Part shown: in pieces, positions 12,411 through 24,979 of the stretch | How the letters are laid out: each line of letters opens with the position of its first letter | Position numbering within the stretch: position 1 is the stretch's first letter | Assembly (NCBI RefSeq): GCF_018350175.1 | Contig: NC_058368.1 | Span: 224,070,001 to 224,134,000, forward strand | Source: Felis catus | Lineage: Eukaryota | Direction: 5' to 3' | Length of the DNA stretch: 64,000 nucleotides | The notes under the pieces: model-generated | Databases searched by the model: none | What the model was told of the DNA's origin: nothing | Seen by the model: the letters and a program-made list of their open reading frames with translations, nothing else | Program-made: the position numbers and the translations under genes

Positions 12411-13429
12411 CAGGAATACAGTGGACCTCTCTCCCAATTTCTATGAGAGGGTAGAAGCCTAATTCCAGTGACTCCTTGCTCCAAGCTGTAAGCCTATCAG
12501 AAAGAAGAGAAAAAGTTTACTTTTCCTTGAGTAAGGTCAATTAGTAAAAGTAGACAACCAAACAGCCTTAACCACAGCTCTTAAAAATTCTCTGGCCCTT
12601 TGATTCCACAGAGAGTTGAGTTCATACTGGGTTCTGGCCTCCCCCTATTGCAATGAACTTAAATAAAATATCCCTCCCCAAGTGATGAGTAATGTGTTTT
12701 TTTTTTTTTCTTTGACCGGTTACAATTTTCTTCTGTTCATGGGCATATTTTTGTCATCAGCCCTCATTGTCTGTAGGTCTGTAGGTCTTTTGCCTCTTGG
12801 TCTTTTTTTTTTTTTTCTTTCTTATAATAGCTTTATATAGGATGAAATTGCAATCTTTTTCTGTTTCTTATGTTTAGGTGATATGAATTATTTTGCACTT
12901 TCAACAGAGATTAGAGTGCAGAATTGCTTTCTTAGCTTCAGGGACTCAGAGTTTCCTTTTCAATTGTTTTAAAGAAGTGATAAAAAATGTCTTAACACTT
13001 CCTGTTATTCGCCTCCTCTGATTTACTCTCCCACTTTTTATCTGTTCCATCTCTTTTCTTTCTCCTTGTTGTCTTTGTCTTACCTAATTTAGATTATACT
13101 CATAACAATATCACTTCAAGGCAGGAGCTGTCCTAAAGGGAGATTTCAAGGATTCATATTCCCTAGTCTGCATTTGCTCTTTGCAAACCTCTGGTCCTGC
13201 TTTAAAACACCCATAAATTGGCACTTGCAAAATTCTGTCAATTTTATTTGTCATGCTCACATTATGCCACGTGCACTTTAGTGACAACCTGCTAGATACT
13301 TTCATGTTCTTCAGTCCTCAACCATCAGAGTCCCATTGTTTTCTTTCTGATTCTTCCAGCAAAGCAGCCGATACTGCTCATGTGTATCCAGAGAGACTTG
13401 TGTATACCACACATATGTTATGATTCTTG

Positions 13430-13613
13430 AATGTGGTAAATTGAGTTCTGTCCTTCTAAAACAGTGTTGAAGTCCTAATCTCCAGGATTGCGAATGTGAC
13501 CTTACTTAGAAAAATAATGAGATCTTTAGAATGGCCCCTATTTCAATACGATTGGTAACCTCATAAAAAGAGGAAATTTCATACACAGAGACAGACACAT
13601 AGATTCACACACA

Positions 13614-13659
<46 letters not shown>

Positions 13660-13700
13660 ATACCTCGTGACGAGACATAGGGAGAAGATGGTCACCAACA
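13430..13700 (+). mobile_element. MaLR LTR 5' part (MLT1B/C-like)
   Basis: 'gttgaagtcctaatctccagg...gaatgtgaccttact...ataaaaagaggaaattt...gggagaagatgg'. Confidence 0.8.
13607..13655. repeat. (CA)n microsatellite
   Basis: Near-perfect CA run. Confidence 0.97.
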
Positions 13701-14590
13701 TTTTATTCATTGCCCATTATCTATGATAGGTGACATTATCAGATATTTTGTAATTAGGAAATTTTCCATGGAATATGCGATCAACCAAATGCTGTAATGG
13801 TGGAAAGCCACCTTCACCGCAAAACATATTTTCTTCTTACTTATTCATTAATATTTATACGGGAGTTAGAAGCCATTGTCAAAAACTCATCTTTGGACAT
13901 AGAAAGAATACACAACTCTAAGTAATTCATATATGTAGCCTGTGTAAGTTGATTCAAATGTGTAGTGTGGCACAGTGAAAATAGAAAATACTTTCTTGTT
14001 CACAACCTATAGATTTGTTTGAGGTCTTTATTGGACACTAATTCAACAATATTTAATAAACTGACACATGACCTTTTCACTTAAAATGATTAAAAGACAA
14101 TAACCATATGGGAAAACTGCAATTATAAGAGGGAATGCTTGAAACTTTGGAATGATATCAGAGATTATTTCTAAATGTCATTCCCCAAACACTATAAAAC
14201 ACTGCCATGAAGAGGAGAAAATAAGTGTTTTCACATCAATATTTGAACTGGCATGTTTCTAATTATATAACTTTTATTTAGTTACCCAAGGAGAAATACA
14301 TTAATTAAAAAAAGAAATGATTTTTGTGTGTAACTAGTAATATCTCCAATGTAGGTAACAGATCATAGGCCATCACCAAAGGGTTTTAAAGCCAGATAAC
14401 TTTATAGATTTTCTGTGGCTTTTTGTATGTGTGTGTGTGCACATGTGTGTATGGACATTCATATTCTTTTTGCAATGTTTTATGAAAAACAGGTCCAATA
14501 TTTCTACAGAATTATTTTTTCAAAACAATTTAAATATAAACTACATTAACATTTGTCAAATTTCTCATGAAAAAAGACCTAACTTTTTTT

Positions 14591-14758
14591 GAGATTATTT
14601 ATTTTTAAAAGAGAGCATGTGCATATGAGCAGCGGAGGTTCAAAGAGAGAGGGAGAGCCAATATGAACCAGGCTGTGCTGTCAGCTCACAAACTGAGATC
14701 AAGACCTGAGTGGAAATCAAGAGTCAGGCGCTTAGCCAACTGAACCACCCAGGTGCCC
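14591..14758 (-). mobile_element. Older CAN-SINE with internal deletion
   Basis: TSD aagacctaacttttttt at 14574 and 14760. Confidence 0.9.
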
Positions 14759-14795
14759 TAAGACCTAACTTTTTTTTTTTAATGTTTATTTATTT

Positions 14796-15051
14796 ATTTA
14801 TTTGTTTATTTATTTATTTATTTATTTTTATTTATTTTTAATTTTTTTAACGTTTATTTATTTTTGAGACAGAGAGAGACAGAGCATGAAGGGGGGAGGG
14901 GCAGAGAGAGAAGGAGACACAGAATCAGAAGCAGGCTCCAGGCTCTGAGCCATCAGCCCAGAGCCTGACGCGGGGCTCGAACTCATGGACCGCAAGATCG
15001 TGACCTGAGCTGAAGTCGGACGCTCAATCAACTGCGCCACCCAGGCGCCCC
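14796..15051 (-). mobile_element. Young SINEC_Fc nested in the tail of the next SINE
   Basis: TSD tgtttatttattt at 14783 and 15052; (TTTA)n tail. Confidence 0.95.
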
Positions 15052-15252
15052 TGTTTATTTATTTTTGAGACAGAGAAGGACAGAGCATGAATGGGGGAAG
15101 GTCAGAGAGATAGGGAGACATAGAATCCGAAGCAGGCTCCAGGCTCCGAGCTGTGAGCACAGAGCCCAACGTGGGGCTCTAATTCACAGACAGTGAGATC
15201 ATGACCTGAGCCGAAGTCGGACGCTTAACCAACTGAGCCACCCAGGCGCCCC
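15052..15252 (-). mobile_element. SINEC_Fc (tail displaced to about 14770-14795)
   Basis: Full body ending 'cccaggcgcccc'. Confidence 0.95.
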
Positions 15253-17714
15253 TAACTATTTTTTAATAATGTATTTTATACACTTGAAAATAAAATCTAA
15301 AACATTTGCATTCTTTATATAAAAGAATATGTAAAGTATAGGCATCACTGAGGAACATCTTAAAATTTTGTGGTATATATTATGCACATACATACATATA
15401 ATATGTATGTATTTATACTACATGAAAGATACCTACGGTGATACTTCTGGTCAAATCTGCTATGTGATTTGTGAATATATTAATTAGGCTGAAAATTTTT
15501 GACATAGGACAGGATTTTTATAAACAGATTAAAAAATGCAAACAGGTGTATTTGGGATTTATAATCCTTTTACATTTTGCTCATAATCACAAGCAGTCCC
15601 AAACTTGGTAATTCAGACCACTATTGAAAGAAAACAGGTTTCGAGGCACAGGTAATATTTCTGAATATACAGCTTTAATATCTTTCCAAGGTACTTTAAG
15701 GACATGAATGAAATTATGGTACCTAACTGATGACTCAGGTTACTCACTTCAGATACAAATTTACAGTCTGGTTAAACGACCATGATAAATATCTTTTAAA
15801 GACAATATTAAAGTTTCGGGTTAATTCTCTTTGTTACAGTGCATATTACAGCAGTGATGTAAACATCGATCACCTATGTACCGGGTTATATCTCGCAGAA
15901 TAGTTCTCTTGTTTTCCTTCGTGTCACGAAACAAAATGTGACATGACTCTCAATTGTGTCTAAGGGAAGACTCAAACTCTGGAACAAATTATGCTCCCAA
16001 ACCAAAGTTTCACTGTATTTCCCTCTACACACAAACACCCAGTTTGTAAACAATTTGGGTCTCCTTTCTGTTGCAAAATTTCCAAGCACTTTGCACTTCC
16101 ATGGTATGGTGGAATGAGCACAGGCTTTTAATACACCATTGAAATCAGCCCGAACTCTGTATGATCTCAAGATTTTGTTTGGGGACTGATAGTGGCATTA
16201 ATGCTCTGCAATATATAGTATGAAGGGGGGTGCCATTTATACATAATACTTCATATACATAATGAAATAATTACTTTATGAATTTTTAGAATAAATATAT
16301 TCTGAATATCTTATAAATATTGATATATATTTTCTGAATAGTTAAATTATTATTGTATCTACATTTCACCGATTTGAAATAAAACACAGATAATACTTTT
16401 CATAAGAATCCTGCAATGGTTATATCGCATGCTCTACAGGTGCCCATGCTCTACAATAACCATGTGGTTTAATTGGCTTTACCCTGGCAGAGCAGGCGGT
16501 AGTATTTACATATTTGTTAGAGTTTGTTAGACTTGTTAGAGTTGCTTATTTCCTTGTTGTTCTGGTGCTGCATTATAATTTCAACTCCCAAGGATTGAGC
16601 AGGATTTAGCAAGGTTTCACTATAGCATAAAATTGAGTGATGGGAAGAATAACATACAAAATGTAACAGAAAAATAACATCATAAATGTAAAATGGTCAA
16701 CGGAACTCCAGGGTCGGCTAGGATAATGAAGTCTGGGCTGCCAAAAAGTTGTCCAGTCACCTGAGAAATAAAAAGGTAAATATGGGCCTGATTATGAAGA
16801 TATGGAGAAAAAGGACTTCATTGAGCTGGAGATTCATTTGCTCCAGATCCCAGTCTTTTCTTGGCAACCATATACACAGTGACATGAAGCCACTAAAGTT
16901 TCCTAACATTTTCAAAACAGCACTGCTTGCTGTTGTGTTAAGAAAGCAATTTTAGTTTTATATAGAATAGGCACAAAATAACACTTGCATGTTTAACATT
17001 GATGAATTGTATTTCTAAATGCAGAGAGAAGACCATAAAAACTGAGGCATCATGGAAAGTTGCATTCCTAGTTTAGGGAAAAAAATTATATTACACTTCC
17101 TCTAAAGCTCGTAAAAAATAGTCGCAAATGTTATGACAAATATCAGGCACTGAGAAAAGCAGTGTGAGCTGTTGGCAAAACTCTTTTATCAGACAACATG
17201 TTGGGCCTCACCCAACTACTATCACATTTGTCTGGCTACAGATTTTTTGCTTTACACTTGGATGAAACCAATTATGCACAGGGTATGAATCAGCTCTTGG
17301 CACTTTGGTAATGTATATACAAAAAAGACATGGTCACCAGAGTTTGATCCATTTATCACGGAAGTGTCCTGCTATAGGACAAGAGGTTTATATAGGTAAT
17401 TGTATTGTGAATTGGAAGGTACAGTAGAAAATAATGCTTATTAGGGTCAATATCAATGGAATTAAGTTTTGGGTACAACAAAGAGAAAAACTATATGGAT
17501 AAACTACCTGTTGTTGTGGTCATGGTAACGATGTTGGTTAACAATAGATTGAGTTGTCTTCTGATTTTTTTTTAAAGAATTAGCCATTTTATAAGCCTTT
17601 GCCTTCAATTTACTTACAATTGGTAGCCTGATTGGATGTTCAGACTTTAATTAAATGGATAAAAGGAATTCTGCAGAGCATTATTCTACCATTGCATAGT
17701 AGCAGTGAGAGTTT

Positions 17715-17830
17715 CAATTACCAGAGCCCCCTGAATCTAAGTTTTCCTGTGTCTGTAGTGAGATATTACTGACAATTAATGGGATCGCTCTGAGGAATGA
17801 AATGTTCTAGGTACAATGTCCAGAATATAA
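17715..17830. mobile_element. MIR relic
   Basis: 'ccctgaatctaagttttcctgtgtctgtagtgag...tgaggaatgaaatg'. Confidence 0.55.
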
Positions 17831-18495
17831 CAAAATGAAATTTCCTGGTGATAAATATTTATATCTATTTATAGATATGAGTCTATTTATATATGGACAT
17901 TTATTCATACATTTTATTTATTATTCACTCATTCATGTATTTATTTTCTGAATTTTCTTTTATTGAATTTCTAGAAAAAAATCATCCTGAGTTTGTACTT
18001 ACGTTCCAATTCAAGTTTAGTAACAAAGTGTTTTATTTTATTTTAATTTATGTCTCTCACTCCTTATGTTGAAATATCAGCTTCTAATCACATTAAGTAT
18101 TTAATGCTCTTATATGTAAATATTTTCTCAATAAAATAGTACTATTATTGTTGCTGAACATTTTTGAAGCCTAATCATTTTAAATCTTTTTTGTAACTTT
18201 GCCTTGGTTAGGTTTCTCATTAAAAAATGAAATGAAAGAGAACAAAAAAATAAATACACAACTTCATATTTGGGGCTTTAAACAAACTCTTTTTTTGTAT
18301 TTATATTTTTTACAAACTCTTTGTCTTTTGATAGAAAAACTTAGCTCATCGTTTCTGATTACCCAAACATGATGGTTTAGAACTGTACTGAGATGCTCTA
18401 AATTGATTATATCAACCATTTTATATGATGATTCCCATAACATGTTTTTTGGGCACCTGTGTTAAAATTAGGGATATTTAATAACCTGAATTTTA

Positions 18496-18692
18496 ATTTT
18501 TAATGTTTTTTTTTGAGAGAGAGAGGGACAGTGCATGAGAAGGGTAGGGGCAGAGAGAGAGGGAGACACAGAATCCAAAGCAGGTTCCAGGCTCTGAGCG
18601 GTCAGTCACAGAGCCCGACGCGGGGCTCGAACTCACGAAGTGTGAGATCATGACCTGAGCCGAAGTCAGAAGCTTAACTGACTGAACCACCC
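18496..18692 (-). mobile_element. SINEC_Fc, slightly 5'-truncated
   Basis: TSD aataacctgaatttta at 18480 and 18693; lacks the ggggcgcct start. Confidence 0.96.
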
Positions 18693-20189
18693 AATAACCT
18701 GAATTTTAAAGCAATGTTTTACTGTTGTCCTCCTGGAAACTGACCTGTGACAATACCCTCAAGAGCAGCTTGACTACTTCTGGAATGAGGTCATCCAGAC
18801 AAGATTCCTCAGGAGGGAATGGCATTAATGATATTCGTCCCGACCAAAGATGACTCTTCCTTGTGTCCTATTGTTCTGCACGTCAGCCATATCAGCATTC
18901 GCATACCCACGTGATACTTAAAATTAAAAAAAAACCCTTATCTGTTGTGTTGCGTTCTTTTCTTTTTATGAGCAAACTCCACCTTCAGCCTGTCCACAGT
19001 TTATGGAGACACGGGATGCTAACTACATCAGGTGCAATAACGACACCATTGTTGATATTCTTAGATGATAATGATGTATCTTTAAATCCACTGAAGAACT
19101 GCGGGAATTGGCCATAAATCATTTACAGAAATATCAAAGAACACCTGTATCTGAGAAACATGAATGTCTATAGTGATAAAGTGATTGACCTAAGTTACTG
19201 AACATTAATTGGCTACAAATTTTGTTTAATTGGAATTGAATTCCGGTTTTATGCTTATTATTTAAAAGGTTCTATTCTTTTAGTGTTTCCTATCTTTAAT
19301 GCATGCTTGCTCCTTCTTTCCATCTCAATCTTTCTCTTTCTCTTGCCCTCACCTCCTTAAGTTTTGGAAATATACCAATATTTCCATTTCATCAGCATAT
19401 AGGTGACCTTCTTTAACACTCAGAATTAAATGTAAATTATGAATTATTGTAATAACATATCAAACAACCATCCTCTTGAAATACATTTGATAAATCTATA
19501 CCTTTTCTATCACCACAACTTTGCATCAGCCCCAATATGTGTGCCTCATCTCTTAGATTTATCTTCAGATAATTTGGAATAATTTTTAGTTAACTAGTCA
19601 CTTACCACACATATTTAATTTATCCTGTTTCAAAATTTTTTGTTTAATACGTTTCACTATGTTACAATTATTTTTGCATTTGGCTATAAAAATTCTGCAA
19701 TGTTAGTTGATACTATTATTTAAAGTACTAGTCCCCAATTCAACACTTCCTTTTGTTTCAGTCTTTTTGTCTTTACAGAGAATATGTAGTTGTATATCCT
19801 CTGAGCCACTGTATAACCAAAATTGTCTTTCTTTTTTTTTCCTGATACACAAATGAGTTTTTGTCTGAGCATATTGGACATGTCTGTTATTTGCTTTTTT
19901 CTATTAATAATCTCTAGTCATTCATCCATTGTCTTCTTGGTATAAGTTCTTTATATGAGAATCTCCACCTTGTTGATTTTCTTTCCCTTTAAAGCAATCT
20001 TTATACAAGAGTTTTTTAGGGGGAAAAAGATCTTGGTTTTCATGTTACAGACATATAAATATAAATATTCAAATTTATATATGTCTGTAAATGTGACCCT
20101 TAGTAGATTGATACTGCGACTCAGCACATATTATTTTTCCACTGAGGTGTTCCTTTATGGGAAACCTTTATACTTTTCCATTCTACTGA

Positions 20190-20400
20190 TGTCCACGTAG
20201 CCATGGAGCTTGGTTTGGTCAATGAAACATAAGTGAAAGAGATCATCCCAACCAGAAGCCAAGCTTGCTCACCAAATCCCTTTTCCCGTTGACATGAGTC
20301 TGGGTATCTTACAGGCAGAGGCTTTGGTCTTAGCCTCTGTTCCAAGTGCAGAGGACAGAGAGCAGGGCAGCAATCCTGCCTGTTATGGAGAACAACAAAT
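20190..20400 (+). mobile_element. MaLR LTR fragment (MLT1I/J-like)
   Basis: 'tttggtcaatgaaacataagtgaaag...agcctctgttccaagtgcagagga'. Confidence 0.55.
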
Positions 20401-20499
20401 ACCAATAATATTGTAAATATATTTTCATATCTTGTCACGAGCATAGTATGTTGATTATGTTTATGCACACAAATATGCACACTCACCCATCCCACACAA

Positions 20500-20605
20500 G
20501 ACACACACACACACACACACAACATGCATATATATGCATATGTGTATGTATACATATTCACAAATATATGTTTGAATACACATATATATATACATATATA
20601 TATAT
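20500..20605. repeat. (CA)n/(TA)n compound microsatellite
   Basis: Direct reading. Confidence 0.9.
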
Positions 20606-21649
20606 GATTTTCATTACTGTTTTGATAAAAGGAAACAAGTACACCCACTCTCTGCATCTTGCATTTATTACTTGCCCTTTAAATATCCTTCCAAATCAAC
20701 TGCATAGTATTGATTTTAAACTCCTCTATAAACTGTGCTTTACAAATAGTTTTTAATGGAAATGAGTCGAGGTAATATATCATAAGTGAACAGAAAAATG
20801 ATCAGTTCGGTATTTTTTTTTCCTCTGGAAACTTAAAATGCGGTTTCCTTTATGTTAGCGACGATCGTGTTTGTGGGTCTCAAATTATTTTGTCTTACGA
20901 AGTCAATAGACTCCTCTCTACCTGCTCCTGTTTCTCCCTCTGAAATTCTACTCTACATCCAGGTCTCATCTTTTAAACTCTACTTTTGAATTTTCACTTG
21001 TTTATTGTTTCTCCTTTTCATTATCCAGAACATTCATTTGGTCCTTAAAGTGACTGTTTTATTTTTTGATTGATTCTTTAAAAAATAAAAAGGAAAATCA
21101 TTTTTCTTTGCGGTAGTTTTCAGTGTCTGTTTTGAACTCTAAGTTCATCTCCAAATGTATTATCATTTGTTTTTGGTTTTGTTTGTTGTTTAAGTATCTA
21201 TCTTTCTCTTTTTTGTCCTTTCCTGATATGACCCGATGGCCTTTTCTGCCTAAGTCCCTAAAAATTTGAAGTTTATTACTTTGGCTTCATTCTATGAGCA
21301 GAAACAGGCCTTCTTTTCTGGGATGAGCCCCCCCCCCTTTTTTTTTTTTTGCTTAGATCCAGTGAGTCGATAAGCCTTTATCTTGGTCTCCTGCCCGGTG
21401 ACTCAGAGGAACCCCCAGCCTTCTGTAAACATCCCATGTTCCAGTGGATGCCTTGTCTCATTGTCTTGTTCTTATTCCAAGAAGACGATGGAAAAGAGGG
21501 TCAAATATGTGCATTCCAACCACTGTACCCCTCTTAAGTGATTCTCATAGGATTGTTTAATTGTATACATGTATTCTCACATATGCAGACAATACCTTAG
21601 AATCAGAAAATAATATTGCAGGGTGACGACTAGAAATTACTCCAGGTGA

Positions 21650-21750
21650 CCATGTTATTTTCTAACTGAGAAAACTTGGGATGCATTAAGTATATTTTCC
21701 AAGATTGAAGAGAAGGTTAGTAGTAAAATAAGGAAACTCAGTAGTGTGGC
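21650..21750. mobile_element. MIR relic
   Basis: 'attttctaactgagaaaactt...ttaagtatattttccaagatt'. Confidence 0.5.
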
Positions 21751-22160
21751 CCTAGCTGGTCTGCGTATGTCTGGCTCAGAGGTAAGATAAATGTTCCCTC
21801 AAAGCCTGCAAAACAGACCTGATTGCTTTTAACTATTTCTGTTTAAGTGATTTCATATTTAGAGTTTGGCTCTCAGCTTCTGACCTCTATGTCCCTACTT
21901 GGTCTTGTCGCCACTTATCCTAAAGCCGAAGTTCATGTTTGTCGCCTGTCCAACCTTCTTCGTCTTGCACTCCTGTAGGTCAAATATTTTTATGAAATTA
22001 ATATAAAACCTCATTATCTTAATTATTAAATCATTGACATTCATATGGTGATGATTTTCTTTACATTATTTTCGAGGAGATATTAAAGTGGCTCTCATTT
22101 TTGTTAGTGTCTCTTATCATCCTCTGAAGTTAAATTTTTACATTGGTTATTAACATCACT

Positions 22161-22365
22161 TGGCACCTGTGTGGCTCCAACCGGTTAAGCATCTGCCTCT
22201 TGGTTTCAGCTCAGGTCACGATCTCAGTTTCATGGGTTCAAGCCCTGTGTCCAGGGTCTGTGCTGACAGTCCTGAGCCTGCTTGGGATTCTCTCCCTCTC
22301 TCCCTCTCTGCTTCTTCCCTACTTGTGCTGTCTCTGTCTCAAAATAAATAAATAAACTTTAAAAA
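22161..22365 (+). mobile_element. CAN-SINE
   Basis: Head, CT tract, (AAAT)n tail. Confidence 0.93.
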
Positions 22366-22414
22366 TCAAATCAAATCAACATGTGTGAATACACAAGTAT
22401 ATACTCTAGGACCT

Positions 22415-22851
22415 ATTGGTGCCCTGCTTGTCCAGCCTGGGTATTCTTTGCTAATATATCTTCTTACTGCGAACACCTGTGCCTCTTTCTGAGACTTTTC
22501 TCTGGGCTACTGGAAGGTCAGACTAAGGATGCTGGGAGTAGTGCTCCTGAGAGCAGTTCTCTACCTGTGGCAGAGTTGAGTTTGGTAGATTAGCAATCCC
22601 AGGTTTTGCATCCTTTGGTGGAGTGACTCTGGGGCATATTTTGAACCATCTTCTAGAAGTCCCCAGTTCTGTGGAGACCACAATGTCTCCATTGGTCACC
22701 TCTTCATTGTATCCCTGACACTGACTTATTTCTCTCATCTCCCTCACTCTTACTATACCTTACTGATGTTTGCTGAGATCTTTTTCCAAATAAATAACTC
22801 GATTTAAAAATCCTTGTTTCAAGATAACTTGGGCAAAGTCTAAACTTAGAC
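22415..22851 (+). mobile_element. ERVL LTR (LTR16-like)
   Basis: LTR16-type end 'ccaaataaataactcg...aaatccttgtttcaag...aaacttagaca'. Confidence 0.75.
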
Positions 22852-23550
22852 ATGTGTGCACACATATACACACAGTACTCACAGACAAACACACACATAA
22901 ATATAAGAAACATACTTGTCTAATGGCCTAAGGTCTGCAGCCAGACATTTCGAGTTGAAAGAAATTAGAATATTCCCAATATAGCAAAATAAACATTGAA
23001 TTTTTATTTAAACAATTCAGTCAATTTTATAATATCTGAGACTTTTTAAAATGTCAAATTAGCAAGTTTTGATTTTGGTGTTCTGCTAGAAATTAGAGGC
23101 TTCAGCTAAGTAACTATTTATTTCTATCGTGTGTTTTAAAACAGAGAAAGTCCAATAAGATTGAGTATTATGAGATTGTACAGGAGAATTGCTATTCCGT
23201 GGTAGTTCTCTGTTGCTGAACAGTTATTGCTCAGTGAAGGAGTTTCAGAAACAAATGCTTTCTCAAAAAAAGTGGACAGTTCTTGATTATTTTCTAATCC
23301 TTCCATTTGAAAATGTTATATATCACTTTGATATGATGACAATAAATCACTCCAGACAGTTGAAAGTATTATTAACACTTAAAAACTAAAAGTGCTATTG
23401 ATGATGTACAAAGTCAGATACCATGCCCCATGTCCTGTGAATACATATGAAAATTTGTCTAGAAAAATCTTTTAGGTAAAGTATTAAATAATTATCCAGT
23501 AATCCATATAAATTAATTAGCTGATAGTTATTTAATTTCATGTAGTTTAT

Positions 23551-23755
23551 GGGGTGCCTGGGTGGCTCAGTCGGTTAAGCGCCCGCCTTTGGCTCAGGTC
23601 ATGATCTCACGGTTTGTGAGTTTGAGCCCCGCGTCAAGCTCTGTGCTGAGAGCTCAGAGCCTGGAGCCTGCTTCCGATTCTGTTTCTCCCTCTCTCTCTG
23701 CCCCTCCCCCGTTCACACTCTGTCTCTTAATAATATGTAAACTTTAAAAAAATAA
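23551..23755 (+). mobile_element. SINEC_Fc
   Basis: Full body; degenerate TSD aatttcatgtagtttat / aatttcatacagcttat. Confidence 0.96.
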
Positions 23756-24699
23756 AGGTTAAATAAATTTCAATTTCATACAGCTTATTCGTAGCCTTTA
23801 CTTTTCTTTTCTTTTTCCTTATGATGTGGTATGTGTGACAGTGAAACCACTAAAGAAATGCATCTAATCAGGGATCTAACACGGTGCAAATCATTTTATT
23901 CCTTCTCTGCATCCTTATTTTGAGCCAGGAAACTTTTGATGGATAAAAGCATTTGTCATGTCTCTAATATCCTTGTGTTAAGTCTATCTTTAATTTCTGG
24001 GTATTGAACACAAATTGCTAACACAAACTATCACCTTCTCCTGGTCACCTATCAAATACTAAAGCAGAAAGCATGACCCCTACATGATCTAGTAGTCTGC
24101 CACTAGTTAATATTGGTTCTTAATATTTTTCTTTCCTTTTCTAAATCTTTTTACATTTTATGGTTAAATCATTGTTTTTTTTTCAGTTTAAGTGGCCTAG
24201 TCATTTTAGCCATGATGTTTTCAATTATAACAGAAAATATTCAGCTAGGTTTTGTGGCATTTGAATTTATTTCGAAATTATATGAAATGCCTTTTGAGAC
24301 AGGCGTCTGGTTTGTAATACTGAGCAGTAACATACCTTGGTGAGGAATTTTCTCCCTTTCTACTAAACATCCAGAAAACTGCAATTAAAAGTGATCTCTC
24401 TTGACACTGACATGTGAGACAGGCAATTCATTATCCAGCTCTCCGAAAAATATACACCAAGATAAAGAGTGGATGGAGATACAGTGAATGAAAAGAAAGG
24501 TGGTTAACTTGTGTTTTGGCTCCTGAAACAGAGTAGTCTCGTCTCTAGGAAAGAACATAGAAGAACAGCTGTTCCTTTCCACTGCCTTCTTTCATTACGC
24601 TGACACGAACACCATATAACCACTCATCAATGTCAGAAAAATTGCATTTAAGGCAGCCAGTGAAATATTTAGATATGCTTCCTATACTATAAATACCCA

Positions 24700-24875
24700 T
24701 AAAACAAAAGGAGAAAAACAGGTCAGGAGATTAAGAGTGCCGTTATTATGAGGAGGACTGAGTAACGTAGAGAATGGTTGAATTCTTATTCTGTACACCT
24801 GAAACGAATGTAACATTGTATGGTAATTATACTTGGGTTAAAAATTAATTAACCAATTAATTTACAAAAAAAGAA
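24700..24875 (+). mobile_element. Carnivore L1 3' terminal fragment
   Basis: 'tgtacacctgaaacgaatgtaacattgtatggtaattatac' plus A-rich tail. Confidence 0.8.
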
Positions 24876-24956
24876 ATAGTCCTAGAAAATGAAGCAAATG
24901 AAAAAGGCAACTTAGTTTTGTTTTGTTTTTTTCAGGAAATACTATATAAAGAGGTT

Positions 24957-24979
24957 AGAGAGAGAGAGAGAGAGAGAGA
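24957..24979. repeat. (GA)n microsatellite
   Basis: Direct reading. Confidence 0.9.

Larger units (their letters stand above)
11642..12716 (+). mobile_element. ERV1-class solo LTR (MER31/34/39-like group), split by two SINEs
   Basis: Starts TGT; contains 'ttttacaacccagg', 'gagggtagaagcctaa', 'gagttgagttca...cccctattgcaat...aataaa'; ends 'tttctttgac'; about 0.6 kb after removing the SINEs. Confidence 0.65.
19400..21300 (-). mobile_element. Highly decayed L1M/L1ME fragments
   Basis: T-rich strand with scattered antisense L1-like motifs; boundaries vague. Confidence 0.45.

Noticed and set aside
16514..16544. Three ttgttaga copies
   Set aside because: Trivial slippage repeat
20121..20756. Longest ORF (178 aa) and the overlapping 102-aa ORF
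   Set aside because: They run through CA/TA microsatellite and an MLT1 fragment; no protein similarity recognised
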